Source: Gammaproteobacteria bacterium
Lineage (GTDB): Bacteria; Pseudomonadota; Gammaproteobacteria; Pseudomonadales; JAUIET01
DNA length: 64,000 nucleotides
NCBI GenBank assembly: GCA_030431775.1
Contig: JAUIHW010000002.1
Span: 131,087-195,086 of the forward strand
Direction: 5' to 3'
The position numbers and the translations under genes were made by a program. The notes beneath the pieces were generated by a model. It did no database searches. It saw nothing but the letters and a program-made list of their open reading frames with translations, and had not been told where the DNA came from. Positions 38,371-46,631 of this stretch are shown here, piece by piece. Position 1 is the first letter of the stretch. Each line of letters opens with the position of its first letter.

Positions 38371-38772
38371 GTGAACCACGGCGTCAACCTTTCCTGGATT
38401 GTTGATGATCCCTTTTCTCGGCTGCTGGGCTTAAGTATTGTCGAGAGTGTTCAAGACCGCGTAGTTGTACAGATGCCCTATCAAGAGGTGCTCGGTGCCA
38501 GTCGCATCCATGGTGGCGCGATCAGCACATTAATGGATACGGCCGCTACCGCTGCATTCTGGTCGCATCCAGAGCTTGGTAGCAATGCACGGGGCGCCAC
38601 CGTTAGCCTCAACATCAGCTTCCTGCGACTGGCCGTCGCTACAGATCTTAGCGCCGAGGCAATAGTGCGGCGCCGTGGCGGCACGCTGTGCACCGGTGAA
38701 GTAAAGGTTCAGAGTGAAGACGGCAACGAAGTGGCCATTGCAACGGTCATCTACAAATTGACGGCTGGTTGA
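38371..38772 (+). CDS. PaaI-family hotdog thioesterase
   Basis: 133 aa. HGGAISTLMDTAA motif and C-terminal GTLCTGEVKV. Confidence 0.7.
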   Translation: MNHGVNLSWIVDDPFSRLLGLSIVESVQDRVVVQMPYQEVLGASRIHGGAISTLMDTAATAAFWSHPELGSNARGATVSLNISFLRLAVATDLSAEAIVRRRGGTLCTGEVKVQSEDGNEVAIATVIYKLTAG

Positions 38773-38806
38773 GTGCCAAAACTGACTCAATTTCGTTAGC
38801 TGACTC

Positions 38807-39370
38807 TCAACGATTGAGATCGCTAGGCCCGGTAGCGGCATTTTGCTCGATGAGGTCGTATAAAAACGGAAAGTAACGGATTATGGACTGCACCACGATT
38901 TCCTGAGACGGATCCTGCCGATAGGCGCCTTGCCAATGAATGCGACTATTATTCACGCTGACCGGCTCCACCCTGACGACAGCGCCACCCGACAATGGAT
39001 GGTCAATACTTTGGTATTCCAATAGCAGATCATCTGGTTTGTATTGCGCCAAAGTATAACTGTACGTGGCTGATTTTGCGGGTACATCAGGCTTGTCAAA
39101 ACGTGGTACCCGGTAGGTCATCTTTACCAAACAGCCTTCGTGCACGCCGCCTTCCGGGGGCTCGGCGCTATTCTCATACTCAATCGGCCAAATCCAACTC
39201 TTTTCGCTATCGGTCAGGCCAAGTACCAGTTGCTCGAACATGACCTTTGCCGGGTGCTCGACTTCCATTTCAACGTGGAAATGAAGCAGAGCGGCATTCT
39301 CCGTCTGCTCGCGTGAGAGTCGTACAAACCCTCTCATCAGTTGGTGTTCAACAAGCGTCTCAGTGGGCAT
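38807..39370 (-). CDS. hypothetical protein, possible SRPBCC/START-like fold (paralogue of 54981..55529)
   Basis: A GGAGAAC ribosome-binding site precedes the ATG at 39370. Shares WIWPIE, ATYSY, DHPLSGG and HWQGAY blocks with the 55-kb paralogue. The fold assignment is a guess. Confidence 0.45.
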   Translation of the reverse strand: MPTETLVEHQLMRGFVRLSREQTENAALLHFHVEMEVEHPAKVMFEQLVLGLTDSEKSWIWPIEYENSAEPPEGGVHEGCLVKMTYRVPRFDKPDVPAKSATYSYTLAQYKPDDLLLEYQSIDHPLSGGAVVRVEPVSVNNSRIHWQGAYRQDPSQEIVVQSIIRYFPFLYDLIEQNAATGPSDLNR

Positions 39371-39420
39371 GCGAGTTCTCCCGGAATTGGCTCTAACATT
39401 CAATAATACTAGAGATTATA

Positions 39421-39432
39421 TTCTAGAATACC
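39421..39432. promoter_or_regulatory. TTCTAGAATACC (contains the 8-bp palindrome TTCTAGAA); identical 12-mer at 46465-46476
   Basis: Located in the promoter region upstream of the 38807..39370 gene. A TATAAT on the minus strand is adjacent. Confidence 0.35.
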
Positions 39433-39528
39433 GACTTATTACGAGATGTGTAACAACAAAACGTATCCAGCCGCTTTGGATTTCAGACTGTTACAAATTG
39501 TCGGCTTCGAATTACACCACGAAATAAT

Positions 39529-40302
39529 TCACATTGCCGACATTCCGCCGTCAATCGGGTAGGAGTTACCCGTAATGAAGCTGGCATCATCGCTAAGCAA
39601 GAACATCGCCATGCGCGCAACTTCCTCAGGTTGTCCATAACGTCTCATCGGAACGCCTTTTACCATTCTCCTTTTCACGATGTCCGCTGCGCCAGGTGCC
39701 AAGCCCTCCTCTAAGGCGTCCATCATGCGCGTTGCTATAGGTGCGGGATTGATGGTGTTGATCCGAATATTGGACGCCGCATTTTCTAAGGCGGCTGACT
39801 TCATCAACCCGACCACCGCGTGCTTCGATGCTATATAAGCAGAGATTTTTGCTGTCCCGCGAAGCCCGCCAAGTGACGACGTAATCACTATGCTACCGCC
39901 CCCGATCTTTTGTAGCTGGGGAATAATCAATTTTAGCCCCAGGAACACACCCCGAACATTGACTGCCATAACGTGGTCGTAAGCGTCCAGCGAATAGTCA
40001 GTCAGAGGCTTGAATTCTCCTTCAACGCCCGCGTTCAAAAAGGCCGCATCAATGCGTTTGAATCGTTCTATGCCCGCATTCACAGCCGCCATCATGCTGT
40101 CTGGATCGCTGACGTCGGCAGCGACGGCTGCGCATAGATCCGGTCCGAGCGTTGCGGCGAGTTCATCAAGAGCGTCCTGCTTGAGATCTACCAGGATCAA
40201 CCTTGCTCCATGCTTCGAAAACAGCTTGGCGCTTGCTGCGCCGATACCGCCGGTGGCCCCAGTAATCAGTACGACCTTCTTCGATAGCTTTGGCTTTGGC
40301 AT
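39529..40302 (-). CDS. SDR-family oxidoreductase
   Basis: VVLITGATGGIG, NAG and YIASKHA (YxxxK). Start at MPKPKLSKK. Confidence 0.9.
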   Translation of the reverse strand: MPKPKLSKKVVLITGATGGIGAASAKLFSKHGARLILVDLKQDALDELAATLGPDLCAAVAADVSDPDSMMAAVNAGIERFKRIDAAFLNAGVEGEFKPLTDYSLDAYDHVMAVNVRGVFLGLKLIIPQLQKIGGGSIVITSSLGGLRGTAKISAYIASKHAVVGLMKSAALENAASNIRINTINPAPIATRMMDALEEGLAPGAADIVKRRMVKGVPMRRYGQPEEVARMAMFLLSDDASFITGNSYPIDGGMSAM

Positions 40303-40355
40303 AATAAAATCCCGCGTGGTTCCCAATCGGTCGACTCGCAACCAGTATACGTCAC

Positions 40356-41645
40356 TCAGATTGGTTCGGAGGCTCTCTCCACTTTCGCAAGGTCAGCATC
40401 AAAGTGACGCGAGGCGATATAAGCCATCACCATGGCAGCAACGTAACTGCAGCTCATGATGAGCATCGCGAACCGTAGCGAGCTGTCTCCAAACCTTGGG
40501 GCCAACAGGTCACTTGCAAGCCCGACAAAAGTCGGCCCCAATCCAAGTCCGATGAGGTTAAGAATCAACAGTAATATGGCAGCTGCGGTAGCTCGCATTC
40601 TCACCGGTGCAATTGATTGAGTAGCCGCAAAAAGAGGACCGCCGGAAGCCGGCAGCATTATCAGTGGGACGAAAAGCAGTGCAAAAGTAACCACCAGTGA
40701 TTGTGATGAATAGACCAACACATTGCCAATCAGGGCAATAGCGAAGATGAGCACCGGCACCAGGCAATAATAACGGCGATCCCGTTTGCCCAAGTGGTCG
40801 GTGATCAGACCTGCTCCCACAGCTCCGACGATACCAGCCACACCAAAAGTCAACCCGAGGCGCAAGCCCACCTCTGTTGCGCTCAAGTCAAAACTGCGAA
40901 TAAGGTAGGTGGGTAACCACAGCAGAAGCCCATAACCAACAAAAGCGTCGGCTGTTGCTGCCGCGCATATGGCGCGAAAGCTTTTCGCCTGCCACAGATA
41001 GCGAAATGTTGCCATAAGAGTGGGGGCATCCTGGTCACTAACACCATCCACTTTTCCGCGCACTGGTTCCTTAAGAACCAACTTGACTACAATCGCCAGC
41101 AGCAGTCCGGGTAAACCTACGGCAATGAAAGCAACCCGCCAGCCATAGGTCTCCCCGAGCCAGCCACCCAACGCCAAGCCCAGTAATGACCCCAAAGGCA
41201 CACCAGTGGCATATGCCGAAAGCGCAAATGCGCGCTTATTAAATGGGAAATAATCTGCTATGAGCGAGTGTGCCGATGGATTACAGCCCGCTTCACCAAT
41301 ACCTACACCGATGCGTGCGAGCGTCAATTGGGCGAAGCTCAAAGCTGTTCCGCAGAGGGCAGTCATCATGCTCCAGAAAGCGATGCAGATCGCCAGTAGA
41401 TTTACCCGCGAACTCCGGTCGGCAATTCTTGCCAATGGAATTCCAAGCGTGGTGTAGAAAACAGCAAAGGCGAATCCTGTAAGCAAGCCCAGATGGGTGT
41501 CCGACACACTGAATTCAGCCTTGATTTGCGGTAGCAGTATAGAAAGTATCTGTCGGTCGAGGTAACTGGTCATGTAAACGACGATCAGCATGCCCAACGC
41601 GATATTTCGATGGGAAGACTCGTGGGTACTCGAGGTTGAATTCAT
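40356..41645 (-). CDS. MFS transporter
   Basis: 429 aa, about 12 TM. LGIPLARIADRSSR is an MFS loop 2-3 motif. Paralogous to 61384..62727. Confidence 0.85.
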   Translation of the reverse strand: MNSTSSTHESSHRNIALGMLIVVYMTSYLDRQILSILLPQIKAEFSVSDTHLGLLTGFAFAVFYTTLGIPLARIADRSSRVNLLAICIAFWSMMTALCGTALSFAQLTLARIGVGIGEAGCNPSAHSLIADYFPFNKRAFALSAYATGVPLGSLLGLALGGWLGETYGWRVAFIAVGLPGLLLAIVVKLVLKEPVRGKVDGVSDQDAPTLMATFRYLWQAKSFRAICAAATADAFVGYGLLLWLPTYLIRSFDLSATEVGLRLGLTFGVAGIVGAVGAGLITDHLGKRDRRYYCLVPVLIFAIALIGNVLVYSSQSLVVTFALLFVPLIMLPASGGPLFAATQSIAPVRMRATAAAILLLILNLIGLGLGPTFVGLASDLLAPRFGDSSLRFAMLIMSCSYVAAMVMAYIASRHFDADLAKVERASEPI

Positions 41646-41703
41646 CAGTCGTACCGGAGCGCACAGCCCTTTGCGACGGTTGCCGTGGCTGTCCCGGAAT
41701 CAA

Positions 41704-42747
41704 TCATGAAACGCTGCTTATTTTACTCAGCAGCGCCGAACCTAGCTGTTGCCTGTGCCAATGAGTACCTCCCAGTACTGCAGCTCGAGTGATCGCACGC
41801 TTCAAATACAAATGGGGCGTGGATTCCCAGGTCATGCCTATTCCACCATGAACCTGTAGTGCGCGTTCAGAACTGAACACAGCCGCCTCTGAAGCCTTCG
41901 CTTTGGCGGCATGAACGGCTTTTTGAGCATCACTATTACCACTGTCGATGGCCCAGCATGCATATAGCGTCAACGACCAGGCTGTCTCCGTTGCAACCTG
42001 TGCCTCAGCAAGTTGATGTGCAACCCCTTGATACGAGCCAATAGGTTGACCAAATTGAGCACGCTCTTTGGCATATGCAGAGCCATTATCGACCGCGCCC
42101 TGGGCCACCCCACAGAGTTCAGCAGCGATCAGAACTGTGGCCCTCAATAATCCACCGTTCGCATTATCCGATACGTGCTCCGCAGCTGAACCATTAAAGG
42201 TCAAACAGGCGTATTCAGCGAGAGGGTCAGCCGAGTCGGAAAGAATGCTCTCGCTTGGTTTTGCCAACGCAATCCGATTGTCTTCGAGAGCAATTATTGC
42301 AATTTCCGCTCTATTACCGAAGGGCACGCCGGTTTTTGTTCCATCAATCCTATTGTTGCTTAACCGGCAGGCAAAGGGTCCAAAAGGCGGAGTCCTAGGC
42401 TCCGCTACTGCCAAGCACCACTGGCCCTCATCAGCAACCTTGAAGTCTATCGGCAAACCGGCACCGAATGCGGCCTGTAATGCAATGACGTGGTCAATGT
42501 ATCGGCACGGAGTCAAACGGATAGAAAGAGTTCTGATCAGCAACGCTAGATCAACAAGACGACCACCACTACCTCCATCCGCTTCCCCAATGGCAAGCCC
42601 CTGCCAGTTTGCCATCAGGTCGTGGTCAGGATATTCAGGCCAGGGCGCTCCGGACAGAAGTCTCTGCGCATTTTGCAGTCCGTTCCCTGCCATGCGTTCC
42701 GCAACTTCGACAACTAGACGCTGCTCTTCTTCAAGTATGGCCTTCAT
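41704..42747 (-). CDS. acyl-CoA dehydrogenase-family protein (beta-type partner subunit)
   Basis: 347 aa. ACAD C-terminal helices (AKERAQFGQPIGSYQGVAHQLAEA, QVHGGIGMTWE). 4-nt overlap with the upstream ACAD gene. Confidence 0.75.
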   Translation of the reverse strand: MKAILEEEQRLVVEVAERMAGNGLQNAQRLLSGAPWPEYPDHDLMANWQGLAIGEADGGSGGRLVDLALLIRTLSIRLTPCRYIDHVIALQAAFGAGLPIDFKVADEGQWCLAVAEPRTPPFGPFACRLSNNRIDGTKTGVPFGNRAEIAIIALEDNRIALAKPSESILSDSADPLAEYACLTFNGSAAEHVSDNANGGLLRATVLIAAELCGVAQGAVDNGSAYAKERAQFGQPIGSYQGVAHQLAEAQVATETAWSLTLYACWAIDSGNSDAQKAVHAAKAKASEAAVFSSERALQVHGGIGMTWESTPHLYLKRAITRAAVLGGTHWHRQQLGSALLSKISSVS

Positions 42748-43892
42748 AGCCGTGATCTCGGCAAACCGAGCACGCGCTCGGCAATAATTGATTTTTGGAT
42801 TTCATCTGTACCACCCTCAATGCTGTGTCCACGGGCTCGCAGATATCGGTTGATCCAGTAGCCACTGCCCTCGGCACCTGCTAAGACCAGATCGATTGCG
42901 CCCAGTTCAAGTGCAAATCTGGCGATATTCTGTACCGCATGGGCCCACTGTAGCTTAACAGTGGACCCTTCTACACCTGCCTGTGAACCCGCCGACAAAG
43001 CAGACGTGCTGCGAATGGTCCCAATTCTTATGGCTTCTACTTCTGCCTCAAATTCTCCAAGCCGCTCAAGTACGTAAGTGTCATCTGCCAGCCCTTGCTC
43101 CATGACCTCAGCGGCGAGTCGATCTAACGCCTGCCTGGCCCAAACCTGAAGATTGAAAGCGACCGAATTACGTTCAACTGTCAGAGTTGTCATCGCGACT
43201 TGCCAGCCACCGTTAACCTCACCAAGCACATCTTCATCTGCGACAAAAACATCATCTATGAACATTTCGTTGAACTCGGCTTCACCGTTTATCATACGTA
43301 ACGGTCGAATATCGAATGCGGAGGTGTCTGCGAGAAAATAGGTGATCCCTCTGTGCTTGCTGGCAGATGGGTCGGTGCGTGCTAAGAGCAGACATTTATG
43401 TGCCAAGTGCCCCGACGAGGTCCATACTTTCTGTCCACTGATGCGCCACCCGCCCTCGGTTTTTTCCGCTCGAGTTCGTAACCCTGCCAGATCGGAGCCG
43501 TTTCCCGGTTCGCTGAAACCCTGACACCAAATTTCATCTGCGGAGAGAATTTTCGGCAGATAGCGTTTTTTTTGCGCATCTGTGCCATGGACTATTATAG
43601 TAGGCCCCCCCAGTAAGATTCCTAACAGGTTAATTGGGATTGGCGCGTCACGTCGCACGCATTCTTCATTAAATATTGCCTCTTCGATCGCACTAAGGCC
43701 TTGGCCACCAAATTCTTTTGGCCAGGCCAAGCCCAACCAGCCACCGTCATGCATTAACTTTTGCCAGTGGCGAGAGAGTTCCTCTTCACTTGACTCCTTT
43801 CCAACCTTTCTCAGCCCAGGCAATGTTTCTTCGAGCCAACTTATAACGCGTTTACGAAAGTTGGCTTGTTCCCGTGTATCATCAAAATGCAT
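42744..43892 (-). CDS. acyl-CoA dehydrogenase-family protein (alpha-type)
   Basis: CQGFSEPGNGSDLAGL and KVWTSSGH ACAD motifs. Likely start at MHFDDTREQ (43892). Confidence 0.85.
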   Translation of the reverse strand: MHFDDTREQANFRKRVISWLEETLPGLRKVGKESSEEELSRHWQKLMHDGGWLGLAWPKEFGGQGLSAIEEAIFNEECVRRDAPIPINLLGILLGGPTIIVHGTDAQKKRYLPKILSADEIWCQGFSEPGNGSDLAGLRTRAEKTEGGWRISGQKVWTSSGHLAHKCLLLARTDPSASKHRGITYFLADTSAFDIRPLRMINGEAEFNEMFIDDVFVADEDVLGEVNGGWQVAMTTLTVERNSVAFNLQVWARQALDRLAAEVMEQGLADDTYVLERLGEFEAEVEAIRIGTIRSTSALSAGSQAGVEGSTVKLQWAHAVQNIARFALELGAIDLVLAGAEGSGYWINRYLRARGHSIEGGTDEIQKSIIAERVLGLPRSRL

Positions 43893-43905
43893 GAACCATA
43901 AAACC

Positions 43906-44823
43906 TCAGGGCTTGATGCCCAGCGTTGACAGTAATATTTCCAGCTCTTCATTACCAGTTTTGGGAATGATGTAGTTGTCGACGTTACGAATCGAATCTA
44001 TATGTTCTGCTACGGTTTCTGGCTCAACGATTTCTCCACCACTGTACCAGCCCGGCCCGAGGCCCAGGAAAACACGTGCAAATCGACCACCTCCTGCCGA
44101 AAATATTTCGCTGCTAAACTCGCACTGCCGTGAACATAAATAGGCTATCAACGGTGCTACGTGGCGCGGGTCAAGGCGTTCGGTCAGTGGGCCGAGCAGG
44201 TCTTCTGTCATCCGGGTTCGCGCCGAAGGCGCCACACAGTTCACTTTGATGTCATAGCGGGCACCCTCAATGCTCAACACACGCATCAGCCCAATCAGTC
44301 CGGTTTTCGCAGCGCCATAATTTGCTTGACCAAAATTACCAAACAATCCCGAGGCTGAAGTGGTAAACGCAATTCGCCCAAAATTCTGTTGTTTCATCAG
44401 CTCGAATGCCGGCTGACAAACCCAGAAGGCGGCATTCAGATGCACATCCATAACATCGCGGACATCGTCCTCCTCTAGCTTCAGAAAACTCTTGTCGCGC
44501 AAAATACCAGCATTATGAATCAGCACATCTACCCTGCCATAGTGCTGCACTGCGGTATCGATAATTGACACTCCACCTTCGGGCGTGACCACGCTATCGT
44601 AGCTGGCCACGGCAATTCCACCTGCCGCGTTTATCTCACTGACTACCTGGTCCGCGGAGTTTGTACTCCCCCCCTGACCGTGAACGTTGCCTCCCAGGTC
44701 GTTCACTACAACACGTGCTCCCCTTTCGGCAAACAATAATGCATAGGCACGCCCTAACCCAGCTCCCGCTCCGGTAACAATTACGACCTGGTCGTCAAAC
44801 CTAATCTCGTTCTCTTTTTTCAT
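43906..44823 (-). CDS. SDR; MFE-2-type 3-hydroxyacyl-CoA dehydrogenase-like
   Basis: FDDQVVIVTGAGAGLGRAYALLFAERGARVVVNDLGG and YGAAK. Confidence 0.8.
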   Translation of the reverse strand: MKKENEIRFDDQVVIVTGAGAGLGRAYALLFAERGARVVVNDLGGNVHGQGGSTNSADQVVSEINAAGGIAVASYDSVVTPEGGVSIIDTAVQHYGRVDVLIHNAGILRDKSFLKLEEDDVRDVMDVHLNAAFWVCQPAFELMKQQNFGRIAFTTSASGLFGNFGQANYGAAKTGLIGLMRVLSIEGARYDIKVNCVAPSARTRMTEDLLGPLTERLDPRHVAPLIAYLCSRQCEFSSEIFSAGGGRFARVFLGLGPGWYSGGEIVEPETVAEHIDSIRNVDNYIIPKTGNEELEILLSTLGIKP

Positions 44824-44832
44824 TTAGCCTAA

Positions 44833-46380
44833 CTATATTGATCTTTCTTCTTGCTGCCAGTACCTTTCTCGTATACGCTGCTTATACAGTTTGCCAGACG
44901 GATCGCGCGGCAAATCTCTAACAAAGTCGACACTCTTGGGAACAATCTGATGAGACAGGCCTTCGCGGCAGAAGTTAAGCAGTGCTGTTTCCATGGTGCC
45001 GTTGGCTTGACAGCCGGGCTTAAGCCTAACCACAGCCTTAACTTGTTCACCGAATTCGGGATCAGGTATCCCGATGACGGCGACGTCTGCGACCGCTTCA
45101 TGGCTGAGCAAATGCCCCTCTATTGCAGACGGATAGATATTGACACCACCTGAGATGATTATTTCCGCATCTCTTCCACACAAAAATAAATCACCATCCT
45201 CATCAACGTAACCAATATCCCCGACGCAAATAAACCTGCCAAATCTGTTTCGGGCTGTTTTTTCCTTATCTTTATGGTATTCGAAAAGGTCATCACCCTG
45301 GCACATATATACCCAGCCCGGCTTACCGACCGGCATCTCCTGACCATCATCGTCCAGAATCAAGAGTTCAGTGATGCTGAAAGGGCGCCCAACCGTGCCT
45401 GGCTTGGAAAGCCAATGCTCGGGAGTTGCTAACGTCCCGCCAACTTCAGAAGACCCATAGTATTCGTAAATAACCGGGCCCCACCATTCCAGCATTCTCC
45501 GTTTGATGTCTACGGGTGTTGGCACCGCTCCGTGTATCACATAGGCAAGAGAACTGTGGTCGTAATTTGTGCGGACAGCTTGCGGAAGGGAAAGCAAGCG
45601 GTGGAAGTGGGTAGCAACCATATGTGTCGACGTAATCCGATATCGCTCGATCAGTTGCAGTGCGAGTTCGGGCTCCCAGTCATTCATTAATACCATTGTC
45701 TGGCCGCTGTGTAGCGATGCGAATGCAATATTCATTACAGCAGTGTGATAAAGCGGCGAATTGACAAGATGCACACCGGGACCAACCTCCATCCCGAAAA
45801 GGGCGAGAACCCATATTTGCCGGTTAGCTGCTGTGTCTGCGTCCTCCCGAGGGAGCGGGCGTAATACCCCTTTGGGATGGCCTGTTGTGCCGGAGGTGTA
45901 GTTCATGACGGCACCTGCACGAGTTGGCTCCGGCCGCTGGGTGGAAAACCCTTCGCACCATGATTCGCAGGGAATAAAACCTGGGACATCAACGGTACAA
46001 AAGCGCCTTGAATTTGGGTAATCTAATTCATCAAGTGCTTTGCGGCACTGCGTTGCATACTCGTAGTCTGTAAATACTGCCCGTGCATCCGAATCGCGAA
46101 CGATATAAGCAATATCCGACGCGGTGCTGTGATAATTGATTGGCACCAGATACATACCGTTTTGCATCACAGCCAGAACCAATTCAACTGCGGTCGGCGT
46201 ATTTTCCATAATAATCGCCACCCTATCGCCGGCTGAAAGCCCTATCGACTGCATCGCTCTGGAGTACTGGTTGCTTCTTTCTATTAGAGCCTGGTAGGTA
46301 ACACTTTGGCCATCTGCAGAAACCACTCCCAGTCGATCAGGATTCCGTTCGGCAACTATCCAGGCACTGGAGATACTCAT
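44833..46380 (-). CDS. AMP-dependent acyl-CoA synthetase
   Basis: MNYTSGTTGHPKG, GDIGYVDEDG and LPRDPSGKLYK. Confidence 0.85.
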   Translation of the reverse strand: MSISSAWIVAERNPDRLGVVSADGQSVTYQALIERSNQYSRAMQSIGLSAGDRVAIIMENTPTAVELVLAVMQNGMYLVPINYHSTASDIAYIVRDSDARAVFTDYEYATQCRKALDELDYPNSRRFCTVDVPGFIPCESWCEGFSTQRPEPTRAGAVMNYTSGTTGHPKGVLRPLPREDADTAANRQIWVLALFGMEVGPGVHLVNSPLYHTAVMNIAFASLHSGQTMVLMNDWEPELALQLIERYRITSTHMVATHFHRLLSLPQAVRTNYDHSSLAYVIHGAVPTPVDIKRRMLEWWGPVIYEYYGSSEVGGTLATPEHWLSKPGTVGRPFSITELLILDDDGQEMPVGKPGWVYMCQGDDLFEYHKDKEKTARNRFGRFICVGDIGYVDEDGDLFLCGRDAEIIISGGVNIYPSAIEGHLLSHEAVADVAVIGIPDPEFGEQVKAVVRLKPGCQANGTMETALLNFCREGLSHQIVPKSVDFVRDLPRDPSGKLYKQRIRERYWQQEERSI

Positions 46381-46464
46381 TTGCTCTTAGCTCACTTGCA
46401 GCTGACCTGCGGCAGCACACAGTTAAATCCAGGATTAACAGGTGTGTCATCATCATCTCATTTG

Positions 46465-46476
46465 TTCTAGAATACC
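46465..46476. promoter_or_regulatory. TTCTAGAATACC; second copy of the 12-mer at 39421-39432
   Basis: Lies in the divergent intergenic region between the acyl-CoA synthetase and PQQ dehydrogenase genes. Confidence 0.35.
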
Positions 46477-46631
46477 CACAAGCCAAAAATAGAGTCAAGT
46501 CTCCATTTGTTACAAGTCAGCCTGGCAATAGAGCTCATCTGCTAATGTCGATTACGAACAGTTGGCGCTCGTGAGGTAATGGTTTCTTCACCGTTTATTG
46601 GCCAGCGAAGTCCTAGAGGAAGATTTTTACC

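Noticed and set aside
42068-42787. 239-aa plus-strand ORF
   Set aside because: It is entirely antisense to the ACAD genes and is Ala/Ser/Pro-rich, the typical shadow ORF of GC-biased coding sequence.
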